A stretch of 64,000 nucleotides of DNA from Geopsychrobacteraceae bacterium (lineage in GTDB: Bacteria; Desulfobacterota; Desulfuromonadia; Desulfuromonadales; Geopsychrobacteraceae). The DNA lies in contig CAXXTB010000001.1 in NCBI GenBank assembly GCA_963676795.2, positions 1,312,001 to 1,376,000 on the forward strand. The letters are read 5' to 3'. Both the position numbers and the translations under genes were made by a program. Shown one piece after another: positions 32,915 to 42,260 of this stretch. Below the pieces are notes generated by a model, which saw only the letters and a list, made by a program, of their open reading frames with translations, searched no databases and had not been told where the DNA came from. Position 1 is the first letter of the stretch. Every line of letters begins with the position of its first letter.

Positions 32915-33778
32915 TTATTCACTGGCGGATTTTGAAGCAGTGACTTTGACGCTGTATTCGGAAAGGTTGGCTGGCAGGTCTTTGAAGACTATGTCGAACG
33001 GGATTCTTTGATCCGGAGCAACCCGCATATTACTCAGTTCTGCGCCGAACTGATTGCCCATCATCTCTTCCAGTTTAGTGAAGGCGAGGCTGGTCAGGTC
33101 AGTGTCGTTGATCGGATTTCCGCAGAATACGGTTTTTTGCAGCAGGGGCTTTCCGTTGTGGTCGAAAATGACCCCTTTGACCTGCAGCCCCGCCCTGGGT
33201 TCCTTGAATTTGTTGATGGCCGCTCCCCTGATCAGAAAGAGTTCTCCGGCCTGTTCGTTCTGGACGAACTTGCCTTCAAGCTCATCCAGAACGATTTCAC
33301 CGGTTCTTACGGGTTGTTCGACATGTTGACCCAGTAATTGCTGTATCTTGCTGTTCAGGGCATCGGTTCCGTTCTGGAAAATATAAACCCCTGCGGCAAT
33401 GAGCAGAATGAGGATAATCAGCAGCAGGATTTTGATCAGAATTGTCAGCGCGCCGCCTTTTTTATCCGCAGCGACCGCATGCACGGCTCCTTCTGCAGAT
33501 GTTGATGCTCTGTCATCATCTGTTACCGCGAAACTCTGCTCCTCGGACAGAAGTGCCTTGTCCTGGCTGTTCAAGTCGCTACCGAAATTGAACGTCGATC
33601 TGTCATCCTGATTGTCAAGTTCCTGGAACTGTTCGTAGTTGAATTCAGTGTTGGCGGAAGAGTTGTCGATTGTGAAGACATGCTTGCAGCGTGCGCAGCG
33701 AACCTTGGCCTTTCCTTCCGGGAGCTTTTCCTGACTGATATTGAATTTTGTAGAACACTCGGGACAGACAATGATCAT
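32915..33778 (-). CDS. N-terminal zinc-ribbon (MJ0042-type) membrane protein with DUF3426-like periplasmic domain
   Basis: CPEC...KVRCARC, acidic linker, single TM helix; AAGGAG SD 6 nt before ATG. Confidence 0.75.
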   Translation of the reverse strand: MIIVCPECSTKFNISQEKLPEGKAKVRCARCKHVFTIDNSSANTEFNYEQFQELDNQDDRSTFNFGSDLNSQDKALLSEEQSFAVTDDDRASTSAEGAVHAVAADKKGGALTILIKILLLIILILLIAAGVYIFQNGTDALNSKIQQLLGQHVEQPVRTGEIVLDELEGKFVQNEQAGELFLIRGAAINKFKEPRAGLQVKGVIFDHNGKPLLQKTVFCGNPINDTDLTSLAFTKLEEMMGNQFGAELSNMRVAPDQRIPFDIVFKDLPANLSEYSVKVTASKSASE

Positions 33779-33867
33779 GGGCATCTCCTTTTCTGAATTA
33801 CATTTCATGCAGTTCTTTCCCTGCCCTGAATGAATCTGGCGAGGAGAAAGATCGTATCGGGCAGATG

Positions 33868-34395
33868 TTACTCTTCTATCAGGTATATGTCGGGAAGATC
33901 ACGATACTTTTCATCATAATCCAGGCCGTAACCAATAATAAAGCCGTCATCCATTGTCATTCCAACATAATCGGCCTCAATGTCAACTTCACGGCGGGCT
34001 TTTTTGTCAATCAGGGTACATATTTTCAAGGTTTTGGGTTCTTGAAGGAGCAGTTTGTTGTAAAGACAGTCCAGTGTGTAGCCGCTGTCGATGATGTCTT
34101 CGACAATGATCACATTGCGGTCTTTGATCGACATTTCAAGGTTTTTGCGAAATTCGACGAGGCCTGAAGTTTGAGTCCCTGCGCCATAGCTGGCCAGGCG
34201 GACAAAGTCGATGAGGGCTGGAACTTCAATGGCGCGAATCAGGTCCGCAACAAATAAAAAGGAGCCTTTAAGGACTCCGATCAGCATCACCTCTTGCCCG
34301 GCGAAGTCCCGGCTTATTTCCTGACCGAGGCGTTCGACTTCAGCAGCAATGCTGTCCCTTGAAAAAAGGACCTTGCGTTCACGTGATTCGATCAT
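33868..34395 (-). CDS. hpt: Hypoxanthine phosphoribosyltransferase
   Basis: GVLKGS, PRPP motif IVEDIIDSGYT, FIIGYGLDY; start at ATG 34395. Confidence 0.94.
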   Translation of the reverse strand: MIESRERKVLFSRDSIAAEVERLGQEISRDFAGQEVMLIGVLKGSFLFVADLIRAIEVPALIDFVRLASYGAGTQTSGLVEFRKNLEMSIKDRNVIIVEDIIDSGYTLDCLYNKLLLQEPKTLKICTLIDKKARREVDIEADYVGMTMDDGFIIGYGLDYDEKYRDLPDIYLIEE

Positions 34396-34554
34396 GAATG
34401 AATGTTCTCCTGTCGCTTGAAAATACAGGGTTCTATAACAGGAAGATAGCTGAAAAGTCAATTTGTATCCACCTTTCCCAGGGATGTTTTCTCTGTGTCT
34501 CTGTGTTATAATCGAGATGTTTGTTTTGTTCATGATATTTGGAGGGTCGTCAGT

Positions 34555-35235
34555 ATGTATCGCGTTCTTGTTGTTATGCTGTTGCTATGTTCCCCGCTGA
34601 CTGTCTTTGCAGCGCCAGCCATTGTTGTCGATAACCTGAAATACGATTTTGGACAGGTCACTCAATCTGAACAAGTCGAAACGGTCTATCGCTTTCAAAA
34701 TAGCGGTGATGAGGTGCTGGTCATCAGTCAGGTCCGCAGCTCATGTGGCTGTACGGCGGCGCTGCTGACTCAGTCCCGACTCGAACCTGGTGCTGTCGGC
34801 GAGTTGAAGGTCCGGTTCGACTCCAGTGGTTTTAGAGGGGCTGTCCATAAATATATCAGTTTCAATACCAATGATCCCAGGCATGCAACGCTGACATTCG
34901 ATTTGCAGGGGACCGTTATGGCGCCCTTTTATGTCGCTCCGGACAAGGTCAATTGGGGGAGGGTGGCAGCAGGAACCCCCTTGTCTGCCAGCTTGAAAAT
35001 CGTCAATGCTTCTGGTCAGGCCGTGACCCTGTCTGCCCCGGAAACGACTCTGCCCCAGTTGCACCTGACCATCGACAAGCTCATTCTTGCCCCCGGTGAG
35101 GAGGCCTTGCTGAATCTTGAATCTGTTTTTCCGCAAGACCAGAAACGTCTGGCCGGTTACGTCATAGTCAGGTCCGATTTTTCCCAGTTGCCAATGTTGA
35201 AAATACCAGTATCTGCGCGTTTGCAAGCGAATTAG
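34555..35235 (+). CDS. DUF1573-type secreted Ig-like protein
   Basis: Signal peptide, YDFG, SSCGCT, TNDP; GGAGG SD; TG-TATAAT at 34504-34512. Confidence 0.75.
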   Translation: MYRVLVVMLLLCSPLTVFAAPAIVVDNLKYDFGQVTQSEQVETVYRFQNSGDEVLVISQVRSSCGCTAALLTQSRLEPGAVGELKVRFDSSGFRGAVHKYISFNTNDPRHATLTFDLQGTVMAPFYVAPDKVNWGRVAAGTPLSASLKIVNASGQAVTLSAPETTLPQLHLTIDKLILAPGEEALLNLESVFPQDQKRLAGYVIVRSDFSQLPMLKIPVSARLQAN

Positions 35236-35254
35236 TCTGTTCAGGGAGGAGATC

Positions 35255-35689
35255 ATGAGTGAATCGTCAACCCATTCCCAAGAAAGGCGTACCTTTCTTG
35301 GGATGATCCTTGGTGGCATTGGGGTGGTTATTGCCGCCTCTTTCGTTTGGCCACTGTTCCGTTACCTGTCGCCACCAGCCAGAGCGGAGGGGGGTGATAA
35401 GGTTTCGGTCGCGAAAGGTGATGTGCCGATCGGTGGCTCGCTGCTTTTTTCATATCAGGGCAAGCCCGCTGTCGTCCTGCAGCCGAAAGCGGGCGAGTTT
35501 GTCGCATTGAGCGCCGTCTGTACACATCTGGGCTGCATCGTCAAGTGGGTGCCTGACAGCCAGGAGTTCCTCTGCCCATGTCATGCCGGACGGTTCAGTG
35601 CCAACGGCCAGGTTATTGGCGGGCCTCCTCCGGAAGCCCTGGCTTCGTACACTGTTGTCGTTGATGGCGACAATCTTCTGATCGGTTAG
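35255..35689 (+). CDS. Rieske 2Fe-2S subunit of a cytochrome bc-type complex
   Basis: Tat-like ERRTFL plus TM; CTHLGC and CPCHAG boxes; GPPP. Confidence 0.94.
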   Translation: MSESSTHSQERRTFLGMILGGIGVVIAASFVWPLFRYLSPPARAEGGDKVSVAKGDVPIGGSLLFSYQGKPAVVLQPKAGEFVALSAVCTHLGCIVKWVPDSQEFLCPCHAGRFSANGQVIGGPPPEALASYTVVVDGDNLLIG

Positions 35690-35700
35690 GGGCGGTGGCT

Positions 35701-36801
35701 ATGAACGTGCAAAAGGAAGTGGTTGATTGGCTGGACCGGCGGATCGGTATCAGGGAGATCATGCACAGCAATATGCAGGGTTACCTTCTGCCGAAGAATG
35801 TCAATATCTGGTACACGCTTGGCTCGGTACTGATAGCCCTGTTTGCGCTGCAGTTTCTGACCGGCATTCTGCTGCTTGTCTATTATGTCCCCGATACCGA
35901 AAAAGCCTTTGCCAGTGTTACGAAAATCATGAATGAGGTTCCTTACGGGTGGTTGATCCGCTATCTGCATGTTGTCGGTTCGAACCTGATCATTGTCTTT
36001 TTGCTGCTGCATATGCTCTCTGTTCTGTTTATGGGCAGCTATAAGCGGCCGCGCGAGCTGACCTGGCTCTCCGGATTTACCATTCTTAACCTTGGTTTTG
36101 CTTTCTGCCTGACCGGTTACCTGCTCCCCTGGAGTCAACTGTCCTTCTGGGCGACAACCGTTGCGACCGATGCCGCCGGAGCCATCCCTTTCATTGGGGA
36201 AAAGCTGGTCGAATTTCTGCGCGGCGGGCCAACCGTCGGGTCGGCGACGCTCGGACGTTTTTTTGCCCTGCATGTCATGGGACTGCCGATGGTTTTTCTC
36301 GGTCTGGTTGGCTTTCACCTGTTCTGTGTGCGTCGTATCGGCATTTCGCAACCCCCATTCGGTGATGATTATCGTCCGGCTGAACCTGCTCTGAGCTTTC
36401 ACCATGAAGAACACCCGGGTGGTGTGCCTTTCCATCCGAACTATACGGTCAAGGATATGGCCGTGGTCTTTTTCGCCCTGGCCTTGCTGGTTTTTATTAC
36501 CTTCTTCACGCCGTGGATCTTTATCCCGCCGGAGGCACTTGAAGCGGCAGATCCTTTTACGACACCCGCACATATCAAGCCTGAATGGTATTTCCTCTGG
36601 GCTTATCAGACCCTGAAGATTTTCCCGAGCGAACTGCTCGGCTTGGCGTCGCAGGTCGTTGTGATGACGCTGATCGCATTGTTGCCGTTTTATGATCGAA
36701 GTCTGGAGCGTCGTCCGGCAAAGCGTCCCGTGTTTGTTTCGATCTATGTGCTGGTTATCCTGCTGTTTGTCGGTCTCTCGATCTGGGGGCATTACTCATG
36801 A
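35701..36801 (+). CDS. Cytochrome b (unsplit) of a bc-type complex
   Basis: GWLIRYLH, YKRPRELTW, GYLLPW, RFFALH, Qo-site PEWY. Confidence 0.94.
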   Translation: MNVQKEVVDWLDRRIGIREIMHSNMQGYLLPKNVNIWYTLGSVLIALFALQFLTGILLLVYYVPDTEKAFASVTKIMNEVPYGWLIRYLHVVGSNLIIVFLLLHMLSVLFMGSYKRPRELTWLSGFTILNLGFAFCLTGYLLPWSQLSFWATTVATDAAGAIPFIGEKLVEFLRGGPTVGSATLGRFFALHVMGLPMVFLGLVGFHLFCVRRIGISQPPFGDDYRPAEPALSFHHEEHPGGVPFHPNYTVKDMAVVFFALALLVFITFFTPWIFIPPEALEAADPFTTPAHIKPEWYFLWAYQTLKIFPSELLGLASQVVVMTLIALLPFYDRSLERRPAKRPVFVSIYVLVILLFVGLSIWGHYS

Positions 36802-37610
36802 AAAAGATATTGATCCTAACGACGCTTTTTCTTGTTTCGGCTCTGGCTGGTGCTCAATGGGGATTTGCCGCAGAGGATACGGTCTGTATCCAGTGTCATG
36901 GTGGTCTGGACGGAAGGTTGTCAGCGCCGGTTGAACAGTGGCAGACCAGCGTGCATCACGCCAACGGAATCTCCTGCCATGACTGTCACGGGGGGGACCC
37001 GACCGATTTCGAGCTGGCGATGTCGCCCGAGCGCGGGTTTATCGGTGTTCCTGAATATGAGGCTGTCCCTGATTTCTGCGGGCGTTGCCATATCGGGGTG
37101 AAGGAGGACTATCTGGTCAGTGCTCACGGGCAGGCTATTGAGGTCGGCGGTGCCCAGTGCGTGACCTGCCATGGAAATCACGCGGTGCAGAAGGCCGGCA
37201 TCTATCTGATCAACGAAGAAAGCTGTTCCCGTTGTCACGATTATGAACGTGCGGAAAAAGTGAAAGCTGTGATCAGTGAAACCGAAGAACGCCTGGTGTC
37301 TCTTGAAGCCTCTATCGCTTCTCTCTATCGAGTGGGTATCGATACGGAGGAGCTTGAAGCCGGTCTGTTTTCTTCACGAAATTCCTTCCGCAGGGTGTTC
37401 CATTCCGTCAACATGGACAGAATCAAGGCACAATTGGCCGAGTTCGATGGCGAGTTGACGGAAACGGCCGACAAGGTTGCTGCATACGAAGCTTCGCTCG
37501 GCCAGCGTAAGCTGGTCGGGGGCGTCATTGTGCTGCTGTTGCTGCTTGGGGGGTGTATCGCGATGATCATGCGGCGCAGTTATCACCAGCAGGAGCGGGA
37601 TGGGAAATAG
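36798..37610 (+). CDS. Pentaheme c-type cytochrome with C-terminal membrane anchor
   Basis: Signal peptide; CIQCH, CHDCH, CGRCH, CVTCH, CSRCH; coiled region; C-terminal TM. Confidence 0.92.
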   Translation: MKKILILTTLFLVSALAGAQWGFAAEDTVCIQCHGGLDGRLSAPVEQWQTSVHHANGISCHDCHGGDPTDFELAMSPERGFIGVPEYEAVPDFCGRCHIGVKEDYLVSAHGQAIEVGGAQCVTCHGNHAVQKAGIYLINEESCSRCHDYERAEKVKAVISETEERLVSLEASIASLYRVGIDTEELEAGLFSSRNSFRRVFHSVNMDRIKAQLAEFDGELTETADKVAAYEASLGQRKLVGGVIVLLLLLGGCIAMIMRRSYHQQERDGK

Positions 37611-37627
37611 TCCCAGTTTTCCTTGCA

Positions 37628-37665
37628 GATTAAAAAAGGCGGCAGTATGGCTGCCTTTTTTAATC
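37628..37665. terminator. Intrinsic terminator after the bc-complex genes
   Basis: GATTAAAAAAGGCGGC-loop-GCTGCCTTTTTTAATC. Confidence 0.85.
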
Positions 37666-37740
37666 AATCTCTAACCTGATTCTCATTATGTATACACGGC
37701 CAGTCGTTAGATTCCGTAAAAATAACGAAAGGAATCTTAT

Positions 37741-37977
37741 ATGTATAATGCAGCAGATAGAGAGAAGGGGTTGATGGTGCGGGAGATGGGCTGTCCTTAC
37801 TATTGTAAAAAGTCTGCTACCTGTCAGGTCAATGCCGGCGCTTCGGTAGTGAAACGAAAAATTGTCAATTTCTGTAGTGGGGAAGATTACGATTTTTGTC
37901 CGACCTACCTTGGTTATATGCTTGCTCACAGTCGACCGATGAGGGCTGACAGCGACTGGCTCGATTGTTCCCGCTGA
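37741..37977 (+). CDS. Small cysteine-rich hypothetical protein
   Basis: CPYYC-x5-C...FC-x7-CPTY; fills an otherwise empty gap; start may be 37741, 37774 or 37786. Confidence 0.5.
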   Translation: MYNAADREKGLMVREMGCPYYCKKSATCQVNAGASVVKRKIVNFCSGEDYDFCPTYLGYMLAHSRPMRADSDWLDCSR

Positions 37978-38138
37978 GAGCTAATCTTCCAGATTCCTCT
38001 GTAGCCTGCGACCGATGAAAAGGCCGCAGGCTGCTCCGCAAACCCCTGCCAGATACCCTGTCATAATTCCTCCGGAAATGCCAAGTTTCCAGCCTATGGT
38101 TGCGCCGACACTGACTGAGATGACGAGAATGAGCGGTT

Positions 38139-39020
38139 TCAGCATGGTTTGTCTTTTGCCACAAAAATAGTCATTTCAAAAACTTCTCCATCTGACAGGT
38201 AGACAGGGATTATCATGCCCATAAGATTTTTGTCTGCTTCGGTTTCGGTTGCCGCACTGGTGGGCTTGAATTGTGCGGGAGTAATGTCGATGTCGTAGCC
38301 GAGTTGGGTCGCTTTGCTGGCTATATTACCGCAGGTCAAATTGATGAAGGCCAAGAGGGAGTCATCAAGGTTCTGGCCCAGATCAGGATCCTGGCTGTTC
38401 TCTTTGAGGATGGCCTGGGCAATCATTTTCCGTCCGGAGTCTGAAAGTGTGACCAGGAAGCGAGCTGAAACTGTCCCGGAAAAGCCCATCTCAACGACAA
38501 CCGGTTTCTCCGGTAGTTTGTCTGTGCTGACGCACTGGCCTGTGCGGTTGGGGAGGCCGGCGAGGCGCGTTAGCATTTTACAGGTCTGGTCTGCAACAAT
38601 TTCCCAGACCGGCGGGCAGGGAATGTCGGGCAGGATGGTGATTTTTTCAGTCAGATAACTGCTCTGCTCGACATTGAAATCACTCAGGGCTTTTTCCATC
38701 TGATCTTCAGGCAGGGCACCGATTTTGACCAGCGCCTGGCCGATGAAGAGGTGGTTGCTCCGCTGTTGATGGAGCAGGTGTTTGACCTGCTCATGGTTCA
38801 GATATCCCATCTCAACGGCCATTTCACCAAACTGGAGATCCTTCCGGCGCTGGGCCTGGTGGACTTTTTCTGCCTGGGCTTTGGTCATCAGGCCGAGGCT
38901 GATAACCAGATCCCCAAAGCGCAGATTGGTCCGCTCCTGCAGATCGATAGCGTTGAGCAAGTCTTTTGCCGTTATCAGCTTTCGTTCCAGCAGAAATTGA
39001 CCGAAAAACTTGATACTCAT
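38139..39020 (-). CDS. Tandem MshEN-like repeats fused to a CheX-like domain
   Basis: Four 29-aa-period repeats (Gly at residues 7, 36, 65, 94); C-terminal GFSGTV...FINLTCGN...DITP of CheX type. Confidence 0.72.
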   Translation of the reverse strand: MSIKFFGQFLLERKLITAKDLLNAIDLQERTNLRFGDLVISLGLMTKAQAEKVHQAQRRKDLQFGEMAVEMGYLNHEQVKHLLHQQRSNHLFIGQALVKIGALPEDQMEKALSDFNVEQSSYLTEKITILPDIPCPPVWEIVADQTCKMLTRLAGLPNRTGQCVSTDKLPEKPVVVEMGFSGTVSARFLVTLSDSGRKMIAQAILKENSQDPDLGQNLDDSLLAFINLTCGNIASKATQLGYDIDITPAQFKPTSAATETEADKNLMGMIIPVYLSDGEVFEMTIFVAKDKPC

Positions 39021-39074
39021 CGGGGTATGCCTCTTTCCGAAGAAATAACTAGAACCGAAAGATAAGATTTCTGA

Positions 39075-39103
39075 TTGCAATCGCTACGCTAATGGCGTAT
39101 AAA
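39075..39103 (+). promoter_or_regulatory. Sigma70-type promoter of tRNA-Arg
   Basis: TTGCAA-17 bp-TATAAA ending 11 nt before the tRNA. Confidence 0.55.
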
Positions 39104-39114
39104 CTACAGCCCAT

Positions 39115-39191
<77 letters not shown>

Positions 39192-39199
39192 AGAATTCT

Positions 39200-39235
39200 A
39201 ACGGGTTAGCAATTTGTTGCCAACCCGTTTTTTTT
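39200..39235 (+). terminator. Intrinsic terminator after the tRNA
   Basis: AACGGGTTAGCAA-loop-TTGCCAACCCGTT followed by T run. Confidence 0.8.
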
Positions 39236-39690
39236 GTTTTATATCGATTGACTTTACTCCCCTGTCTTGAATTCTCGCCACCGTGAAGCTGAATCAATTT
39301 TTGAGCATGTGCCACTTTCGGAACTTATCTGGGATGCCCAGTCTCTAGATATTTATTTTGAACAAGCTGAGGTCTGTTTTCCAGATTTCCCTTTTTCTGG
39401 GCCTTCTGAACCTGTCCGCGGGGCTTGTAGTTCCGACCTCCCGACGACATCAACCGTGCAAGGGGGAGCTGAAGTTCGCCTCTTAATACCCGGAATACAA
39501 TGGTCCGTCGGGAATTTTTCCCCGAATGATGGAAAAAGCTGAGTCTTTGGTGTACATTGTTGTGTAAAATACGTACGCATGTACAAAGTATGTCATAGTC
39601 CAGATGTCACGCGTTTATTGAGATTGTCCTTTTAAAAGATCAAACAAATGAGCCAATCGCTCGTAGTGCTGAGTCAGCAAGGAGTCTGGT

Positions 39691-40581
39691 ATGTTTAAGC
39701 AGATTACATTTATCGGCATGGGAGAAGCGGGTGGTGCCATCGTCAGTGGCTGGGGAGATGCTCAAAAAGGCAAAATTTTGGCTTATGATACCAAAACAGA
39801 CAACCCGGAAACGGCTGTCGCTATGCATGACCGCTATCGTGAACTGGAGATCAGGGGCTGTTTGAGTTCGGCAGAAGCTGTGGCTGAGGCAGAGATTGTT
39901 TTTTCTACGGTTACCGCGGACCAGGCAGTTGTTGCTGCTGAAGCGGCGGCCCCGTATATCCCTGAAGGCCTTATCTGGTGCGATCTCAATTCCTGTGCAC
40001 CTTCTTCCAAGCAGAAAGCTGCTGCCATTATAGAGGCTGCTGGAGGATATTACATCGATGTTGCCGTCATGTCTCCGGTCTTTCCGAAAAAAAATCTTGT
40101 CCCTTTGCTGATCGCCGGTGCCTATGCGGAAAAGGTTGCGCCCATGCTCGCTTCCCTACCGATGGCCCCTCGCTATGTTGGTGTGCGGGTAGGGGCGGCT
40201 TCATCGATAAAGATGGTGCGTTCGATTATGGTCAAGGGGCTTGAGGCGCTGACCTCTGAATGCTTGCTGGCTGCTGTTGCTGCCGGGGTTGAGGGTGAAG
40301 TGCTGGCTTCATTAAACGCCAGCCATCCCGGAATCAAGTGGGATGCTCAGGCGGCCTATAATTTTGAACGGGCGATGGTTCATGGCAAACGTCGTGCCTC
40401 TGAAATGGACGAGGTTGTCAAGATGCTGGGCGATTTAAAACTTCCGTCGGATATGGCCGGTGCGACGGTGCTTTGGCAGCGACGGATCGCCGAAGCGGGG
40501 GTTGAGCCGCCGCGAGACCCTGTCGAGCTGGGGGCAAAGGCTGTCGCCGAATCCCTTTTGCCAGAGATTCAAAATAGCTAG
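39691..40581 (+). CDS. NAD(P)-dependent oxidoreductase, 6-phosphogluconate-dehydrogenase-like (DUF1932-type C-terminus)
   Basis: GMGEAG Rossmann motif, DLNSCAP, DVAVM, IKMVRSIMVKG, HGKRRASEM. Confidence 0.8.
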   Translation: MFKQITFIGMGEAGGAIVSGWGDAQKGKILAYDTKTDNPETAVAMHDRYRELEIRGCLSSAEAVAEAEIVFSTVTADQAVVAAEAAAPYIPEGLIWCDLNSCAPSSKQKAAAIIEAAGGYYIDVAVMSPVFPKKNLVPLLIAGAYAEKVAPMLASLPMAPRYVGVRVGAASSIKMVRSIMVKGLEALTSECLLAAVAAGVEGEVLASLNASHPGIKWDAQAAYNFERAMVHGKRRASEMDEVVKMLGDLKLPSDMAGATVLWQRRIAEAGVEPPRDPVELGAKAVAESLLPEIQNS

Positions 40582-40733
40582 CGAATCAGAACGCTGAAAA
40601 AAATATTGCAGTGCATTGCACGGCTATGCCGCTTATTGGGTCCGCCGTGAGTTGTCGGGAATAACATTACTGAATTCTGTTTTTAGAGCATAGACGCTCC
40701 GGGCCTTTCAGGGTCCAGGAAAGGACAGGCGCA

Positions 40734-42227
40734 ATGTTGGATACTTTGATCAGTGCGGGCATCATCGTCTTTGAACCCCTGGGCCTTTTTCTGATTGTTG
40801 TCGGCGTGTTGGTCGGTATCTTCGTCGGCGCCATGCCCGGACTCGGCCCGTCCATCGGTATCACTCTGCTGATCCCTTTCACTTACGATTTAAGTACCGC
40901 TCACAGCTTATTGCTGCTCGTTTCCCTGTATATGGCGGCCGAATATGGCGGGTCGGTCAGCGCCATTCTGGTTTCGACGCCGGGAACATCCGCTGCTGCC
41001 GCGACGGTCATGGACGGTTATCCCCTGCGCCAGAAAGGTTTTCCCGGGCAGGCTCTCGGGATTTCCTTGAGTGCCTCTTCCGTCGGCGGTCTGGTCGGCG
41101 TGATCGCACTGGTTCTCTTCGCTCAGCCGTTGGCGACTCTCGCTCTTCAATTCGGCCCCCCGGCATATTTCGCGATCGGTCTTTTCGGGATGACAACGGT
41201 TGCCTCGCTTTCAGCCGGCAATCCTTTGAAGGGGCTGCTGGTCGCCTGCCTGGGACTGGCACTGGCTACCATTGGTATCGATCCGATTTCAGGTTTTCCG
41301 CGTTTCGCTTTCGGGCAGATGGAATTGTTTGAAGGGGTTCCCTTCCTGACGACCCTGATTGGATTGTTTGCGCTCTCTGAAGTTTTCATGATTGCTGAGC
41401 GGAAGCTCAGTTCACGCAAGTTTGAAGAGAAATTGACGCACATCTTTCTCTCCAGAAAACAATGGCGTGAATTGACGCCAACGATGCTCAGTGGGGGGAT
41501 CATCGGCACCATTCTGGGGATCGTTCCAGGTGTCGGCGGGAATATCGCCTGCTGGATCGCCTATGATCGCGCTAAAAAGCGCTCGAAGACTCCGGAGGAG
41601 TTCGGTAAAGGGGCTCCAAAGGGGATAGCCGCTCCCGAAGCTGCCAATAATGCCACCGTTGGTGGTGCCATGATTCCGCTTTTGGCCCTGGGGATCCCTG
41701 GATCGCCGACCACAGCAGTCCTGATGGGGGCTCTTATTCTGCACGGCATTACCCCGGGTCCGCAGTTGTTTTCGGAAGATCCCGGTATGATTTACGCCCT
41801 GTTTATCGGCCTTGGGGTCTGTGTGCTGGTCATGTACCTGCTCGGTTCCCTGACTCTGTCCTGGTGGGCGAGGATTATGTCTGTTTCCGATTCCGTGCTT
41901 GCCGTTGCGATAGTCGTTCTGTCAACGGTGGGGGCATATACCTTGCGGAGTCTGGTCTTTGATATCTATATCACCTTATTTTTCGGTATCCTCGGCTATA
42001 TCCTGAGAAAATTCCGCTTTCCGATGCCGCCGATCGTACTCGCAATGGTTTTGGGCTATCTGATCGAATCCAATTTTAGGACAGCATTGCTGATGTCGCG
42101 GGGTAGCTACTCTATCTTCATTGAAAGCCCTTTGAGTCTGATTTTTATCGTACTGAGTATCGGGACCTTTTTCTGGCCGTACGTGTCGCGGAGAATTGCT
42201 CTCAGGAAGAGGTCCAGTCGGTCATAG
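40734..42227 (+). CDS. Tripartite tricarboxylate transporter large permease TctA
   Basis: GAMPGLG, EYGGS, DGYP, PEAANNA, LGIPGS. Confidence 0.92.
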   Translation: MLDTLISAGIIVFEPLGLFLIVVGVLVGIFVGAMPGLGPSIGITLLIPFTYDLSTAHSLLLLVSLYMAAEYGGSVSAILVSTPGTSAAAATVMDGYPLRQKGFPGQALGISLSASSVGGLVGVIALVLFAQPLATLALQFGPPAYFAIGLFGMTTVASLSAGNPLKGLLVACLGLALATIGIDPISGFPRFAFGQMELFEGVPFLTTLIGLFALSEVFMIAERKLSSRKFEEKLTHIFLSRKQWRELTPTMLSGGIIGTILGIVPGVGGNIACWIAYDRAKKRSKTPEEFGKGAPKGIAAPEAANNATVGGAMIPLLALGIPGSPTTAVLMGALILHGITPGPQLFSEDPGMIYALFIGLGVCVLVMYLLGSLTLSWWARIMSVSDSVLAVAIVVLSTVGAYTLRSLVFDIYITLFFGILGYILRKFRFPMPPIVLAMVLGYLIESNFRTALLMSRGSYSIFIESPLSLIFIVLSIGTFFWPYVSRRIALRKRSSRS

Positions 42228-42260
42228 CAGGTTAACCCCAACGAATGGCAGGAGGCTTGG

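Noticed and set aside
35686..36792. 368-aa antisense ORF over cytochrome b
   Set aside because: Shadow ORF with no recognisable protein features
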